Assembly (NCBI RefSeq): GCF_009914755.1
Contig: NC_060927.1
DNA length: 64,000 nucleotides
Origin: the human T2T-CHM13v2.0 reference genome, Homo sapiens
Strand: one strand, 5' to 3'
Of the stretch, positions 17,621 to 34,726 are shown one piece after another; within the stretch, counting starts at the first letter, position 1; every line of letters begins with the position of its first letter. The notes under the pieces were generated by a model that searched no databases, was not told the DNA's origin, and saw only the letters and a program-made list of their open reading frames with translations. Both the position numbers and the translations under genes were made by a program.

Positions 17621-18854
17621 TAAAAAAAAGAACACTCTATTTTCTTAGAGAAGTAATTTTGGCAAAAGGCGACTGCCTAGCTGTTTCAGAATGATTTCAG
17701 AATGATGCCTGCATTACTCAAGCAGGACAAGAAGAGGAAAGCATTTTAAAAAGGAAGTTGCTCTTAAGGAGAAAAAAAAATTAAAACAGCCTTTCTTCTA
17801 AAACTCTTAGAGAAAATAAAAGTAGGACATAGGACCAACCATTATGTACATGAAAGGGGCTTTTTGCTACCCATCCCCATTCCCAGCGAGAAATACTAAG
17901 TAAACTCCTTGGTGAAACTTCAGCTTTCTGGTTCCTGCGTGTGGTGGGGCCTGCGGTTTGGGATGCTGTTTCTGCACTTGCTCACTGTTGAATTTCAAAT
18001 ACTCTTTCGTGGCCAGGCCACCACTGGTTACCTGCTGGTGCCTCTCTCTCTTAGGATCTCCAGAGGTCTTTGCAGACACGTGGGTCCTCAGTTTCAGGGA
18101 GCTACACAGGTACAGGGGAAGCAGAGGCTCCATGAAAACTTTGGATAGAAACATCTTCCTTGACACGTCTTGTTCCAAACAGCATGAAAATGGAGCGCTG
18201 GCACACAGCCCTCGTGGCGACTTCTGGATGTGTTTCCTTTGCTCTCCTCTCTTTCCCTCCATTGGAAGTTAGGGACACCTCTGCACTACTCACTGACCTG
18301 AGGTTTATACTCCAATAGTGGACCCCTACCCGCTGCGTAGACTCCGTAAGCAGACCCCCGCTCTGGCTTCAGACACATTTCCTGAGTTCTGACTTTTCCA
18401 CACAATAAGACATTCTAATCTGAGATTCATAATTAGGTAAACCTGTGTTTGGCCCTCCGCGGACTTTCCTCTGACATCTTGGGCCCCTGGTAAAACCTAG
18501 TGCGAAAGGGGACGGCAATCTTCTCCAGTCTTCTATGTGGATTTTCAACCTGATGTAGCTTCTGTTTATGTTGCAGATAAGAGGTGGTTTCTTGTAAGGT
18601 AGACTTCCAACAAATGTTGGATGTCTAACAAATGTTGGATTTGTCTTCCAATAAAAGAAAGGATGTCAGGTTTACCAACCCTTTTCAGCAGAATAGAGGA
18701 GAGAGATTTCTTTGAAGGAGTTTGTGTTTTGTTTTTCAATAATTACTAGATTTATATTCTGGCTGACCTATAGATTCTGAAGAAGGATGGATTGTTAAAT
18801 TCAACAACTCCCTTCCGCCCGCCATTTATTTAAACAGATTTATCATGACCATTA

Positions 18855-19090
<236 letters not shown>

Positions 19091-19833
19091 TTAGATTAGA
19101 TAGATATAAAAAGTTGTTAGGTTTAGTTGTTGAAACCTATTGTTGAAAACTTTAAAGTGGCTGTTAAATTGTGTTGCTTGTCCACGTATTAAATGGCTGT
19201 ATTTTCTTAGGTTAATGATGAACGCAGACACAGGACTCAAAGTACAGCTATTTTTCTCTTTAATTTGTTAAATCAATTTGGAGTGTATATGTGGCTTGTT
19301 AGTTCCTTGCATAGGTAAGGAAGCCACCGTCTCAGCTTTCTTAAAGTTCAGCCTTCCTGGATTCACACTTTCGTCAGTTCCCCAATTATTTCCCACTCTC
19401 TCACCCGAGGAAAGCCAGTCAGCTCAGTGTGACATTCAAGTCTCTCTGTGAGTGATCCCTCACCTGCCTTCCTAGCATTATTTCTTATTGTTGCATGTAT
19501 AAGTCATGCATAAATCATGTGCTCCAGGCAAACTAGCTCCTTGCTTTCTCTTAATGGAGGCACAGCACAAATTCTTAGCCAGAGGACCACAAACTAGTAG
19601 ACCTTATTCATGCCGATCCTTTGCTTGGCATGCCTTTCTCTCATTTCTACTTGATAAAATTCTACCCACTTCACAAGTTCCAACACAAGTGTGACATTCT
19701 TTATGACCTTTCCAGAGGAAGAAGGCCTTCTTCATATTTGACCCCCCACAGCACATTACAAGTCCGTCATCTCACCTGACACATTCACTATTGTTCTTTA
19801 TTTATATATCCCATTTCCCCTATTTGATTTTCC

Positions 19834-19985
19834 TTTTTAAGAGACAGGGTATTCTTCTGTTACCCAGGCTGGAGTACAGTGGTGTGATCATAGCTCACTG
19901 CAGCCTTGAACTCCTGGGCTCAAGTGATCCTCCTCCCTCAGTCTCTCAACTATCTGGGATCATAGGCACATGCCACCACACCAAG
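19834..19985 (-). mobile_element. Partial AluJ/FRAM-like element within 3' UTR
   Basis: CCCAGGCTGGAGTACAGTGG...CTCAAGTGATCCTCC. Confidence 0.8.
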
Positions 19986-22900
19986 CTCTATTTCCTCTAC
20001 TTCTTAAGAGCTGGATTTTTATCTGACTTACGATATCAATATCTGCCATAGTACATAATAGGCACTCCACAAGTAATTGTTGAATAAATATTTCATTTTC
20101 CTCCAATTCATTCATTCTGTCAATCATCAGGTATTTCTTGAATACACACTATATGCCAGGCACATGTAGCTAGCAAAATCTAGGTTTGAAGCTTACCTGT
20201 GGATTTTAATGATCTATGCTATTTCAAACCTCTACCTGCATGGGGAAAGATTTGTTCTTATCATGCAGAAGTAGTTCTTCTTGTCATTACCACTAATTCT
20301 ATTATTTTTCATGGTGTCACTCATTGGCAAATTTAGTAAAGCATGTCAGGGTTCTGCATTTATGTACTAAATATACGTCTAGTTTTGTCTTATCCTTTCT
20401 GTTTCTATTTTTGTTTGCTCTGAGTTCCTCACTTAATTTTTGTTTTGTATTATATATATTTTAGTAGCTGCCTCAAATCCTTTTGAAATGAAGCAGAGTA
20501 CCAATAAATAAGTAGAATAAAATCTGAAGAAAATCAAGTAATTGGCTCCAAACCACAAATCCACACAATGAAATCTCACTCGGAGAGCTTTTGCTATTCA
20601 GAATTCAATAAAATGTAGGTCTTCCTTGGACTCCCTTCAAGGGGCAAAGTTTCTAAGATAATTATAAGGTGATCTTACTTTTAATGTGATCCCACACATA
20701 CATCGTTTAGAAACCTGTTAAGAAAATAGTAATATTGTCATTGTAGTGATTGATGGTATTTGAAAACTGCATTGTAAAATCTGGGACTGTTCACAGAAGC
20801 AGGTAAACCTGAGGACAAACATGTCTATGTACCTGAAAATACTTTTTCTATCTTAGTGATTTTTTTTTTAAAACTAAGGTTGCTAGGGAGGTGATTTATC
20901 AACTTTAGAAAAATAAAGGGAGCTAAGCTTAAAATATACTAATATACTATGTGGGAAAAATGGCTCCTGAAATGAGAGTGCTTAATAGAATCTGCATGAA
21001 GTCAACAGCAATGGTGTTAACCAAAGCATACATTTTCCATTCCCATCCTATAGAAATTGCATTCATCTGCCACCAGGCTATTGTTACTTTAATACTTAAA
21101 CCTCACTAGTAAAAGGAAGCTCTTTCACCCACGTTAAGATTTTGCCATTTTGCACTCCTATTTCTCTATTCTCATGCTTAATGAATACAACCCCTCCTCA
21201 TCTATCTAGATATGTATCAAGCTTAACAGATTCTATTTACACCAGGCAGATTTGTTGAGTCCTATAGCCAATTCAAAACTTTGTTTTCAAAAGATGACTG
21301 ATAATTAGTTTATAATTAATTCCTAATGCTGTATTTCACAGAGTAGGCACTGTATCTTTATGGTTAACTCTAGGGAAGAGAAAACATAGCATTGTCAAGC
21401 ATGATATTAAAATGACAAAATGACCTCAGGAAACCAGAGTTCTAAACAATGACTACAGAAGAATAAAAAATATCTAGAAAATTGCAGTTATTTTAGTTTA
21501 ATGGTATACATTGGCTATGATTACGATATGTAATTTATTTAAAGCATATTTTTTAAAAACTAGTTTCAATTCATCTTTATATGTATGTTAAAACCCAGTG
21601 CATCAGCCTGGAGACTTGTCAAGTTTGTTGTTTTATCTGCATTTACCAGGCTCCAGTGCTGCTCATCCATGGACTGTAGCCCCCAAGGGCAAGTGCCATG
21701 CTTCTATTCATTCCTGTCACTTAGCATTGGGTCTATTCTCAACCAGTGTTAGTTGAATGAAAAAATGGACTTTTACCTCCTTGCCATAATCCTAAAGCAT
21801 GCCAAGATGGCATGAGCCTCAGCCTTTCAGAAAGAACAGACTTGAGTGCTAGCGAATATGTTCTGGAAAACGTTTGGCATACTGATACATCCAGGAGAGA
21901 AAGGACAAGGAATTTCTTCTTTTGTCCCTCTTTCAGGAAATCCTCACAGAGATTTTATTAATAGCTTGATTAATTTTAATAGCTTGGTTAATTCTATGAT
22001 AGCTTGATTCAAATTGTGCCTTCACATACATTTGTACGTATCTCAGTGCAGCCACAGGAATTCTTGTAACCCAAGAGTAGAATTTATATTGTAGCCCATG
22101 TGTGTTTTTTTCCTTTGCAAATTCTCTCATCTATTCTATTTCTGAGAAAATTCTTTTAATAGCCCCTTTTATGGCCCAAATTTACATCTTACCAGGTAGA
22201 TATTTCTCTGGGCTTCAGTGAAACTACTCTGGGAAATAACAGGAAAAAAAAATACACCTCTGAAAGTGAGCTAGCCCCAAGGAATAAGGTTCAGAAGTGA
22301 AATGTGATCTCATGGAATGCAACTACCTAAGTCGCTATACTTCAGCCTATTTTGTTTTCAGAGTAGCACACACCAATCAAGTGGTTGCCTATCTCAAAAA
22401 CTTTAGAATTTATAATTTTAGAAATATGAAAGAGAATTTGCAATGTGATCTCAGTGGCTGGCTCACTTCTCCTTGTAAAAATTTTTATCTGATTATAAAA
22501 CAAACAACCTACTTTTTCAAGGCATATCAGTGCCATGAAATCATGCTCCACCTTTGCCCGCTTTCATCATATCACCAGGAGCTGCAGTCTGATATAAGAG
22601 AGGCCATGACAGAGAGTTAATTTCTGCCAATGCCCTTCTGGCTTTCACCGCAAGATATGGTTATTTAATTTTCTTCTGGGCATTTACATAGAGCTTTGAT
22701 GGTGCTTCTTACCATATCACTGGGTCTGCCTGACTGCTTTATGGTGAATCTGAAACCATTGGGAAAATGGTCCAGAGTCCCTGAACTTTGCTGGATCCTA
22801 AAATTATAGTTTGGAAGCTGTGAGAATGTTGGTGAATAAAAAGAAGCATGTGTCTTTTCCATGAATTAATTTTGGGTGAGATTGCAGGATAAAATGATGC

Positions 22901-23359
22901 TTGCTCAGGAAGTGCCAATGCCCATCTACCCACCCTGACCTCGGGGAGCAGCACTCAGCCTGACATGCCAAGAACAGAGCTTTGTCCCCATGTCTCAGGT
23001 GACTGAAATTCTGCCTTCTGCCCAGAGCCCCTGCTTGGGCTTCAACCAGCAAAGCAAAGGCCTAGGAAACATTTGGTACCATCAGCTCTGGTGGTTGCAC
23101 CTAAGATGGAATTTCATATAGCCTCTTGTTTATTTATTTATTTTATTTAACAAGGCGACCAGTTAGGGGACCCAGGTTAAGCCCTTCAACAGAACTATCC
23201 TGAAGAGCAAAAGTAGCAAATGACAGGCTATGACTAGGGATTGAATTTGGGGAAGGCTGGATTTGTGAAATGAGAGCCAAAAAAGTTTTCACCTTCTAGC
23301 CCACAGGTTAAGTTACTGAAAATCAGTCATCACCATTTCTACCCACTTGTGTGTTTCTC

Positions 23360-23682
23360 CTACTCTGGAGAGTAATCTAACTCATCATTTGCAATCAGGG
23401 CCTCTGAGTTCTGTTTGTGTTTGCTTTTGCTCTTCGCTTTGCTACTTGTCCGGCCGTTTGCCTTCGCATCTGACATCTGTTGGTAATAGAAGCCTTTGTC
23501 TTCAGTGGGCCCGCCCCAGTCCTCCTGGCTCTCGCCCTCTGTGGCGTAGGAGAAACCCTCCTCCACTGAGAAGGGGTCATCCACGTCGTAGCGTTGGTAC
23601 GTGCTTTGGTGCAGGGCCTCTTCTCGAGCGCTGATTTCCAGGGTGCTGTTCCAGATGCCATATCCAAAATAAATGAGCAGAC
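23360..23682 (-). CDS. SLC7A14: SLC7A14 last coding exon (exon 8 CDS part), ends ...DELDYSPE*
   Basis: Acceptor cccacag|GT; GLLIYFGYGIWNSTLE...; TAG at 23360-23362. The six exons total 2012 nt, leaving about 304 nt for the upstream coding exon of a 771-aa protein. Confidence 0.97.
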
Positions 23683-24560
23683 CTGTGGGGCGAGGGGAAA
23701 GGTACAGGTGAATAAGCAATTGCTTTGGGATCCTGGGACTAGCAGAGAGATCACCTTCAGTGATGAAATCAAAGCTGGCGGGGTGGGGGGCGGTGGGGGC
23801 GGGGATGTATTTTCTTTGCTTTATGTGGTGTTTTGAAAATACTTGAATTAGATGCCTTTTAAAAATTGGGAGATCTTGCGTTAAGTAACCCATATTTACA
23901 GATTTTCCTAGAAAAGTCAAAAGGTCTGACAACACTGCATCCACATTTCTACATGGTGATTTTTGGCTGGTGTTGAGAACTGGCTGCCTCTTTAGACAGG
24001 ATACAGGGTCTCTAGGTTACCTCAGTCCCCACCTCCCATGCTGACGTCGGGCTCATTACACTCATATAGCTGCCAGCCAGGAATTTGCATTTTCTACCCT
24101 GGGTGAACTATTTATGGATCAGCAACAGTTTATTCCCAACCTTCTTATAAGATTTGATTATTCTCTGCCTCCAGTTAGGGACTCTATCTCATGTTTCACC
24201 TCTTAGCAGCATGCATATATTATCCTGTGATTTACCTTGACATTTTACACTCACTAAAGGCGTGATATATCATGGCCACTCCAAGCTGCCTGGTTTCTTC
24301 TGTGTGCTCTCAGAGTGTCTAGTGCATGCTACTATTATGTCCCTTAGAACATCTGTTGTGTGATTATCTGCACAGGGTCGTAGACTCTGCAGAAAATTGG
24401 CACTTAATGTTTGTTGAATGAATGGGTGAGAACTCCTGATAAGCGTGAAATGTCCAGTGCAACCTCTGTGTTGATGTCATCCCAATCAAAGGAAAGAAAC
24501 TTGCCCCCCTCGTTAATATGTAGCATTCATATATGCTAATGTTTCATTTCTATGATTTAA

Positions 24561-24900
<340 letters not shown>

Positions 24901-26610
24901 TGAGTCCCCATTTTCTATCTTGAATAGACTGTGAAGGTTCAGGGCCTGGAAGTCTGGGAACCATAACCTTGGAGTCCATAGAACATGATAAGTAAGACTG
25001 TGGGCTCTGTGTTCAAATCCTGCCTTCATCACTGTTAGCTGTGTAACCCTGGTCCCATTACTTAGCCTCTCTGTTCCTCAGCATTCTCTGTAAAACGATG
25101 AGAGCTATAGCAACCCTCTTAACATGGGAGTGCTTGAGGATGAAATGAGGTAAGTGGTGGTTCTCAACCCTGGCTGCACTTGAAAGTCACCTGGGGGTGT
25201 TTTTTGAACCACTCTGATACCCTAGCCCCATCCTGGAGATTCTGATTTAATTAGTCTGCAGTATAACCCAAGCATAGGTATGTTTTTAAAACTCCACAGG
25301 TGATTCCAATGGTCAGAGTGTCCCTGAGATAATGAACTGTGCCTGATGGGCACAGTGTTCCACTGCCCACTCAGCCCACACTATGGCCTAGGCACTGGGG
25401 TCCATACAGTATGCAACCTCCTTCCCGGGCCCTAACATCCTCCTCTGAGTAGCACCAGTCTCTTTGACTTTGCTAACCCTGCAGGCTTCTGCTGGGCTGG
25501 TTTGCTTAGAACCGCAAGTCAAGCCTGCTTTGCTGCTGTGGTGCTTGAGAAATCTTGCTCTCTTTTGAATTTGAAGTGTGCCTTTTTAAGCTTGGATTTC
25601 TCCCTCCTTGTCTCAAATGACTTTGTCCCCCCTCCCTCCCACACTCCCCAGTGAAATCAACTTTCCAGGAGCCAAAGTAAGCACAGATTTATAGTCCTAA
25701 TTGGTAATAAATCCTAGAGTTAATTATTTGCAGATGTAGCTATTAGTGCTCAAATAATGATTCATCTTTTAAAAGCAGGGTATTTACTCTTTCTTTTCTG
25801 TAGGTGGGGGGTGGCTATGGGGGATGGTTATTATCCTTGTGTAGAACAGGGCATCACATTAAGGCCTCTTCTAAGAGTGCCAGTGTGCTGGTTCTTGGAG
25901 AATGCCTCTGTCTGAAGCATGTTTGGCATCTGAGAATGGATTTCAGGCGACCAGGCAGGACCTGTGCACACCTCCTTTTGCACTGCTTTGCTTTTTTGCC
26001 ATCTTTTCTTCTAGACACCCAGGCAGATGCCAAATATTGCCTCCTACTCCTGCTTGGTACCTATTATGCCAATTCTTTCTTTTCTGATGCCCTTCTCTGA
26101 CTTTGCTTATAGACGACTCATTTCCCTACTGAACTTAATACCATCTTTTTCTTTTCCCTTTGCCCCAAACGTCTCTCCTCTGCCACCACAAAGGTCATTG
26201 TTCAGTCACTGGTTTGACATCACTCATCACTGGTTTGTCGATTCCAACAGACCTGTCCCTGCCCCCACAAGGTATTTTGGGTGTCAGATAGATTCATATT
26301 ATGGGAATTCTCTAAAAACCTCGAGTCATAGATATTTAGAGCTGGAAAAGATGCTATAGATCACCTATGCATTCTAAAACCTTCATTTTACAGAAGAAGA
26401 AACAGAGGCTGGGAAAGAATAAGTGACTTGCCTGGGTCTGAGAAGGAGAGGAACCAGCTTTATACATGGAGGGAGAGAAGTCTCTTGCGTGTCTAGTCCT
26501 TCACACCTCCTCTCCCCTCCCCCAGGCTGGTTTACAGACTATGCCCACTGCAGTAAACATGTGATAAGAGGTTTACATGTGTTCTTTGGGAGTGGCCAGG
26601 CCTGGAAGGA

Positions 26611-26613
<3 letters not shown>

Positions 26614-26663
<50 letters not shown>

Positions 26664-26672
26664 TGTGTCTGT
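26614..26672. repeat. (GT)n microsatellite
   Basis: Long GT dinucleotide run. Confidence 0.95.
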
Positions 26673-27405
26673 GTCTGCGCGCTCTCACATATTGACTGTG
26701 GTTACTTTTTACTTTGTGAAGACAATCCATGGAAACTTGCCACATAAATATTTATGGGTCTTTTCATGTTTGCCCTGAACCCCCTGGAGTTTCAAAGGTG
26801 TATCACTCTGTCTTCAAAAATGCATTTCAAATGTGAGTACTGTGAAACAAGAAACGACCGTGTGCATGCAGCCTGGTAGAGTAAATAGTAGATGCAAAGC
26901 CGTTCCCCTAGGGCTTGGCATTCTGTGTGTCTATCTTTCTTGCTGGCCCTTGAGTCAATTCAGGAAAAGTGGTGTGAAACTGAGAAGGATTGGAGAAAAG
27001 AAAAATGGAGGGGGACAAAGAAACAGAGAGGAACAGATGAAGGGAGGGAGGGAGGGAGAGAGAGAGAAGAGAAGAGAAACGTATTACCATCTGTCCCACA
27101 TAAACAAGGGCTTTGTGTCGGAGGAGTAAACAGAGCTGCTCCACGCCTCCTGTGTGGAAGCAGGGTGTTTTGTTTCTGCTCCTTTTTTTAGTTGGCTTAG
27201 AGAATGAAGCATGAGGTAGTTTCTGAAAAATCTGTAGGGGTTCTGGGAATCCTGAATCATCTAAACTAAACTTCACAAAGCATTTCTGTGTGCTGGGTTA
27301 GGATAATGATGGATGGTTGATGTTGCACCTTTGTCCCAAAGAGCTCAAAATGTTACACAAACAGTATCTTGTTTTGTTTAGACTCCCTTTAACCTGTCTG
27401 GGAAG

Positions 27406-27407
<2 letters not shown>

Positions 27408-27438
<31 letters not shown>
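27408..27438. repeat. (GT)n microsatellite
   Basis: GT dinucleotide run. Confidence 0.95.
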
Positions 27439-27440
<2 letters not shown>

Positions 27441-28396
27441 TGATTATGTGCATTGCACACTTCACAGACAGGACAACAGGACAGTGGGCACAGAAAACAT
27501 AAGGGAAGGTCCACAGCCACACAGTGAGCAGGTGGACAGTGAATCCTTCCAGGTCTCCCCATGCCCTAATCCAGGGCGCTTCTATCCCTCTTACATCTCC
27601 CGCCTACCAGGGATGGAAAACAATTTGGCTTAACGTTTTATTTGGAAGAACATATACAAAAGTGGAGTGAATAGGATCATGAATCACCAGCTCCCTTCAT
27701 GCTCCCTCCCCTGACCCCTTCTCTACAGATTGTTTTGAAACAAATCCCTTCTATCATAGGTTTAATTTGTAAATATTTGAGTATGCATCTCTAAAAAAAG
27801 CAGTATCATCACAACTAAAAATTAATAATAATTTCTTAATATTATCTGATATCCAGCAGTATTAAAATTTATCTAAATTATTACATGTGTGTGGAAAACT
27901 CTTCACCTTATGAGGCTACACACGTATTCCTATGATGCCATCATTGCTTGAAGTAGTTTTTGGGCACCGCTAATCAAGATGGTCACTGGGAACGGCATCA
28001 TATACTTTTGTAAACTCTTGCGGAGGGCAATCTCATATCTTTTGAGGGTGGATTTGATTTTGCTATAAGCCAGAAGTCATTTGAAACCAAGCCTCAAGAA
28101 TAAGATGGCTGATTCACAAATAATACTATTTATTCTATTTGGATATTTAATTCTGCTGTACCTTAAAAGCAGATAACTTAGAGCCATTGCTTTGTAGTTA
28201 CATAACTTATGTCAGTAAGAAACTAAAGGCAGGTGTGATGGCAAAAATCAGAGGGTGTCAGCCTTTGTGCTGCAGCAGTGTCCTGGAGGCTCCTCTGTGG
28301 GGCTGGAATTATTTTTTTTGAGTTGATGGGTCATGGTGGGGGTGCGTGGTGTGTGCAGGAAAGTGACTAGTTAGCAGTAAACACAGAAGTGTTTCA

Positions 28397-29129
<733 letters not shown>

Positions 29130-31980
29130 TCAAAGGGAGGCTTTGGCTTCTTTTCTAGACAGAAGTTCCCCAGTGGAAAATGTGTCTATGAGAAGTTCAG
29201 GCTAGACAAGATCAAGAATCATGCCTTTAGCAATTGAATGGGCTTTCTTTATGATATTAAATACTTTGTGGTTGTAATGCACTTTATATATTAAAAAAAG
29301 CACTTTCTCATCCATCATCCCAGGGAAGTTAAGAACTGTGTGATAAATCAGTAATTGAAATAGCATTGGGACTCATATCTCTTAACTCTAACCTGAGGGC
29401 TGTTCCTGTCCCACCCAGGTGCCTCCAGGGAAGGTTTACAAAAGCTAAGCTTGCGTTCATATACTAGGGTACCTTGGCATCAGCAGGTGACATACCTGCT
29501 CACCCCCCTGTGTTTATCCATCCTGTGAAAATTAAGCAAATGACCCCAAACCTACAAGAAAGAGAGGTGGGAAAGGGAGGTCTTGATCATACAGGAGAAA
29601 TCCTAGAACAAAAACTCAACTCTGAAGAGACTGAGTAATGCAAACAATAACAGCATATTTCCAACTCTGAGGGCACACACTTAGGTTGCAGACCAGGTCC
29701 CCTATCTCCAGAGTTCCTGGGAACTCCCTGTCCTCTCCATGAAGCTCCATACTTAGAACCGAGAGAGGTGGGCCACCTGACCTCAGGCTGGGTGGAGCTG
29801 CCTCTTGCTGGGGTGCACTTTCCAGCAGGAAGCTCTGCCCACTGCAGATAGCTGAGGCACTTTGTTATGCCTAGAGGGCTTTTATTTTGACTACTCTGGG
29901 ATCAACTTTCCAAAACAGACATTTGCCGAAGCAGAAAGGGAGACTGGGTGGTAATGAGAAGGTATCCTTCCCACCCCCACCTCAACCCCACCAACTCCCA
30001 CTATTGCTGATTATTTTTTAAAATACCACCACGACTCTGTTGACTATAATAACAACAAGGCTTGTTTAATATGGTATGGCCAGGAAGAGCAGGCTTAGGA
30101 TGAAGTTGGGCGGAGATTCTCTCCATGACCCTGCAGCTGATCTAATGGGAAGTCATGCTACTTTATGTCTCAGTTTCTCATCTGCAAAACGGGGTTGGGG
30201 ATGCTTATTTTATTTGCAGTATATAATGGCCATGAGAAGTAATGCAATCTTGTTAAAGAATATGAAAAAACCTGGTAGTCTGAGCCAGCAATTCTAACTC
30301 AACAGAAACCCAAGAGATACATGTCCGCGTGTCCACCAAAAACATGTACAAGAATGTTCACAGCAGCTCTGTTTGTAACAGCCCTCAACTAGAAACAACC
30401 CAAATGTCCCTGGACACTAGAATGAATAATATATTGTGGTATATTAACACAGTGGGAGACTAGACAGCCACAAGAACAAACAAACTGAAACTACAAGCAA
30501 CAATGGGCGTGAATCTCACAAACATAATATTGAGGGAAAGAAGGCAAACATCCCCTCTGTTGTGGCTTGAATTCTGTTCCAGGTAAGCTGCGCATGCCAG
30601 CTCTGTGCCCTCCACCTCTTCATTCTTTGGGATCACAGGAGAGCCAGTGTCTCAGCTGCCACTGATTGCAAAGCCCTGTGAGTGCTCCGCCCGCTCTGCA
30701 TCTGGCAGTGCACCTCTGCCAGCAGACAGCCTCACGATTGCATGATCCACCTTCACACTCTACCTTCACCCTCCCTCCTTGGAATCCCACCAGCCCTGTT
30801 GCCAACCTCATCCTGGCCTTCAGGATTATTCTTGCTCGTCTGAGCACAATTTTGACATTGGAAGAGCCCGTTTTTTTTCCCTCTGCCTCCAAGGAGAATT
30901 TCAAGCTTATTTATGGGACATGTCATCAAGAATTTAGTTATCAGGTCCCAATTCATTGCTCTTTCTTTCCCTCTTCTTCTTTTTCTCACCTGGCTGCTTT
31001 GGGTCAATTTCCAGTTGGATTTCAGATAATAGCTCAGGTATAGACCATGAGGTGTGTCTTCTCTTTGGGATATTTCTATTTTGAGATAGGATTCATGAGG
31101 TCCATTGCCCGTATCACAAGTCCTGTCCTCTAAATCTACAGACAAGAATTTGATTTCCTCAGAAAGACTGAAAAAATTCCTACATGGCAAATCCTATGGT
31201 AAGGGCAAGCTATTCTAACAGGTGGTTACATTATAATAAAAACCCGCAGGGAACAGCAGGCCCGAAGGATGCCCTGGAAGATACCATGGTGCAGCATTCT
31301 CACTGAGCCCCTGCTAGTTCCATGTTCCCTGAGACTCTGCCCAACCCCTTGAGAGGTTCTTTCACAAAACTGCATCAACTAAAAGGAAAATGAAGGCTGC
31401 TTTGTGCTCACTTTACTGGGATTAATACACATTTGGTGTTTGTATTCCTTTTCTTGTCTGAAGGAAAAGAAACATGTGCTGGATAATCTTGTTGGGGCTT
31501 GTGCCTCGTTTTACTCTCTGAGTTGTGTTCTTCTGAAGGTCAAAAGCTTAGCAAAACATTGTTACAAAAATGCCGCAATTAAGATTTATTTAGAAAAGCT
31601 TGGATAAAAAAATGTGTCTTAAGAAGTTTATCAAGTTATGACTCAGCCTAATCATGTAAATCTTCAGTTTCATAAGCAGCTCCATTTAAAAATATCTCTA
31701 CTGTTTTCCCCCAGAAAGTTACACTATGTATAGACAGATTAAGAAAAATCTGATATCTTGGAGGCTCAGAAGTTCAGAGGTGACATATTTATCTTATAAG
31801 ACCATTAAGGATTTTATAGCCAGTTTGGGATTGTGGGTTGGATATATTTTATATATGCAAAAAATAGTTTTTGAAAAACAAGTCTTTGTAATTAAATTGT
31901 CTGCCCTGCTTGATAAAACTATGCTCCCCTTAGAGCAGTGGCACGCATTTGAGTCAGCTGGAGGGCTTGTTAAACCCTAA

Positions 31981-32349
<369 letters not shown>

Positions 32350-34323
32350 TAGTTCCCCGATGACATTGATGCTGCTGGTCTGGGGTCACACATTGAGGAC
32401 CATTGATCTAGATCATTGTCAACTTGGCTGCCTATTAAAATTACCTGGGAACTTAAAAAATATTCCTCAATACTCGGCCACCAGACCAATTGAATCAGAA
32501 AATCTCTGTTGTGGAAGCCTGGGCTTAGAAAGTTTCAGAAGCAACCCAGGGTGATACTGATGTGTAGCTAGGGTTGAGAATCTTTGTTCTGGGTGAAACT
32601 TAGTCATATAGCAGCCTTCAAAAATCATGATACTAAAGCAGTTAGCAGCAGGTGCCCAGAAATACTAGCAGTCCTTCCCAAATGTGATTTGCGGGCTGTG
32701 CATCAGAATCACCGGGTGCTTGTTGAACTGCAGACTTCTGTGCCCTCTGGCTGGCCAGCCCCACTCTGCAGGGTGGCATTCTTTTGAGTCAGCGAGTAGC
32801 AGTTTCTGGAGGGAGTTTGGAGTTTGTGCTATCAGCAAGATTACAAAAGGCGCTCAGGGAGTTTTCCTCTGCCTGATAGCTGGAAGGGCAGCCTGAGTCG
32901 CTGCAGGTTCACATCGTGCTTTGGCATATGATAGCCAGTCTGTCCATACTTGTGGACAATGAATCATTTCAGATTTTTAAAAGAAAGGCAGGAAATACAT
33001 GTTTCTTGTTGCTTTTCTCAACATTTTCTCATTTAAGCCCCAAAGAATAACCAGGTCAAGGCTGATAAAATTATCTGCATTTTTGCAGATAAGTAAACTG
33101 AGGCCCAAAGAAGTTAAGTAAATTTCCCAAAGTCACAAGACAAAGGAGGGGCGGAGCTGTGATTTGAAGTTGGTGCTGTTTGACTCCAAAGGTAAGGGCC
33201 CCTGCCACCTGACTGTTTTTGCAAAATGCCTCTGGTGCTTCAGGAGCCATAAATATTCTGCAGAACTGGCTATAGAGTTTTCAATGTAAAATGAAAACAT
33301 GGGTCCTCTCGTTCAGAAATTATTAAGAATTCAAGATGGCAGCAGCAGAGCATTAAACCAAGCATGGGACCCTGTGCACAGCTGTGTGCCCATGAGGCCA
33401 GCCCTGATGCTATGTGTTAGGCTCTATCGAACGTTCTAATGAAATGAGTCTGCTCAGAGGCACCCTGGTGGGGTAGTAGGAGCCCCAGATTTGAGCATGG
33501 GTATACTGAGTTTTAGTAATAGCTCTTTGAATAACTTCCTGTTGACTTTGAGCATGTTATTTAACTTCTTGGAGGTTCAGTTTAGTCATCCATTAAATGG
33601 AGAGAGGGAGAAGTGGGAAGGTGGTGGACTACATCTGTATTTCTCCAATTCCAGTTAGTTATATACCACATTTTTAGTATATAACCATTTAGGCTATAAC
33701 CATGGCCTCTGGCCCCACACTCCCTGAGTTCTAATCTTGGCTCTGCTATATTCTAGCTATGTGACCTCAGGCAAGTGCCTCAGTTTCCTCATCTGTAAAA
33801 TAGAGATTGCTGTGAGGATTACATAAATAAGTAAGTGAAGCCCTCAGAATAATGGCTGATATGTGACAAGCACGGTACAAGTGCTCATTATTACTATTCC
33901 TATGAATCATACAGTATCTGTACTAGTAGTACTAATGTTTTTTCTTTAATATGACTCACACTTTAAATTTAAAAAAGTCATCTATAGTGTCTTTCCAAGT
34001 AATAGTATTTGTGAAATCACCAGATTCATGTGTATGTGTGGTTTTTCTAACCCAGGTGAAAATGTACAATAACTGTACAATATTTTTAAAAGTTCATTCA
34101 TATGCTTTCTAATACCAGTTGAAAATATTACCAATGGAATGGGCACCACACTGTGGGTAGCATTGTACTAGACACTGAAGGCCCTTTTCAGCTTTAATAG
34201 TCTATGAATAAATAAGTCTATGTATATTTGTGTCTGTGTCTTGAATAATTTGACAAATACATGACTGAAATATTTCTACCCACTTCCATCACTTCTATCC
34301 AGAGTAGAATCTGCATTGGCTAG

Positions 34324-34726
<403 letters not shown>

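Noticed and set aside
18609-18640. Tandem aacaaatgttggat x2 (also a short degenerate tandem near 21958-22010)
   Set aside because: These are ordinary slippage micro-duplications with no spacer-repeat array, so nothing CRISPR-like.
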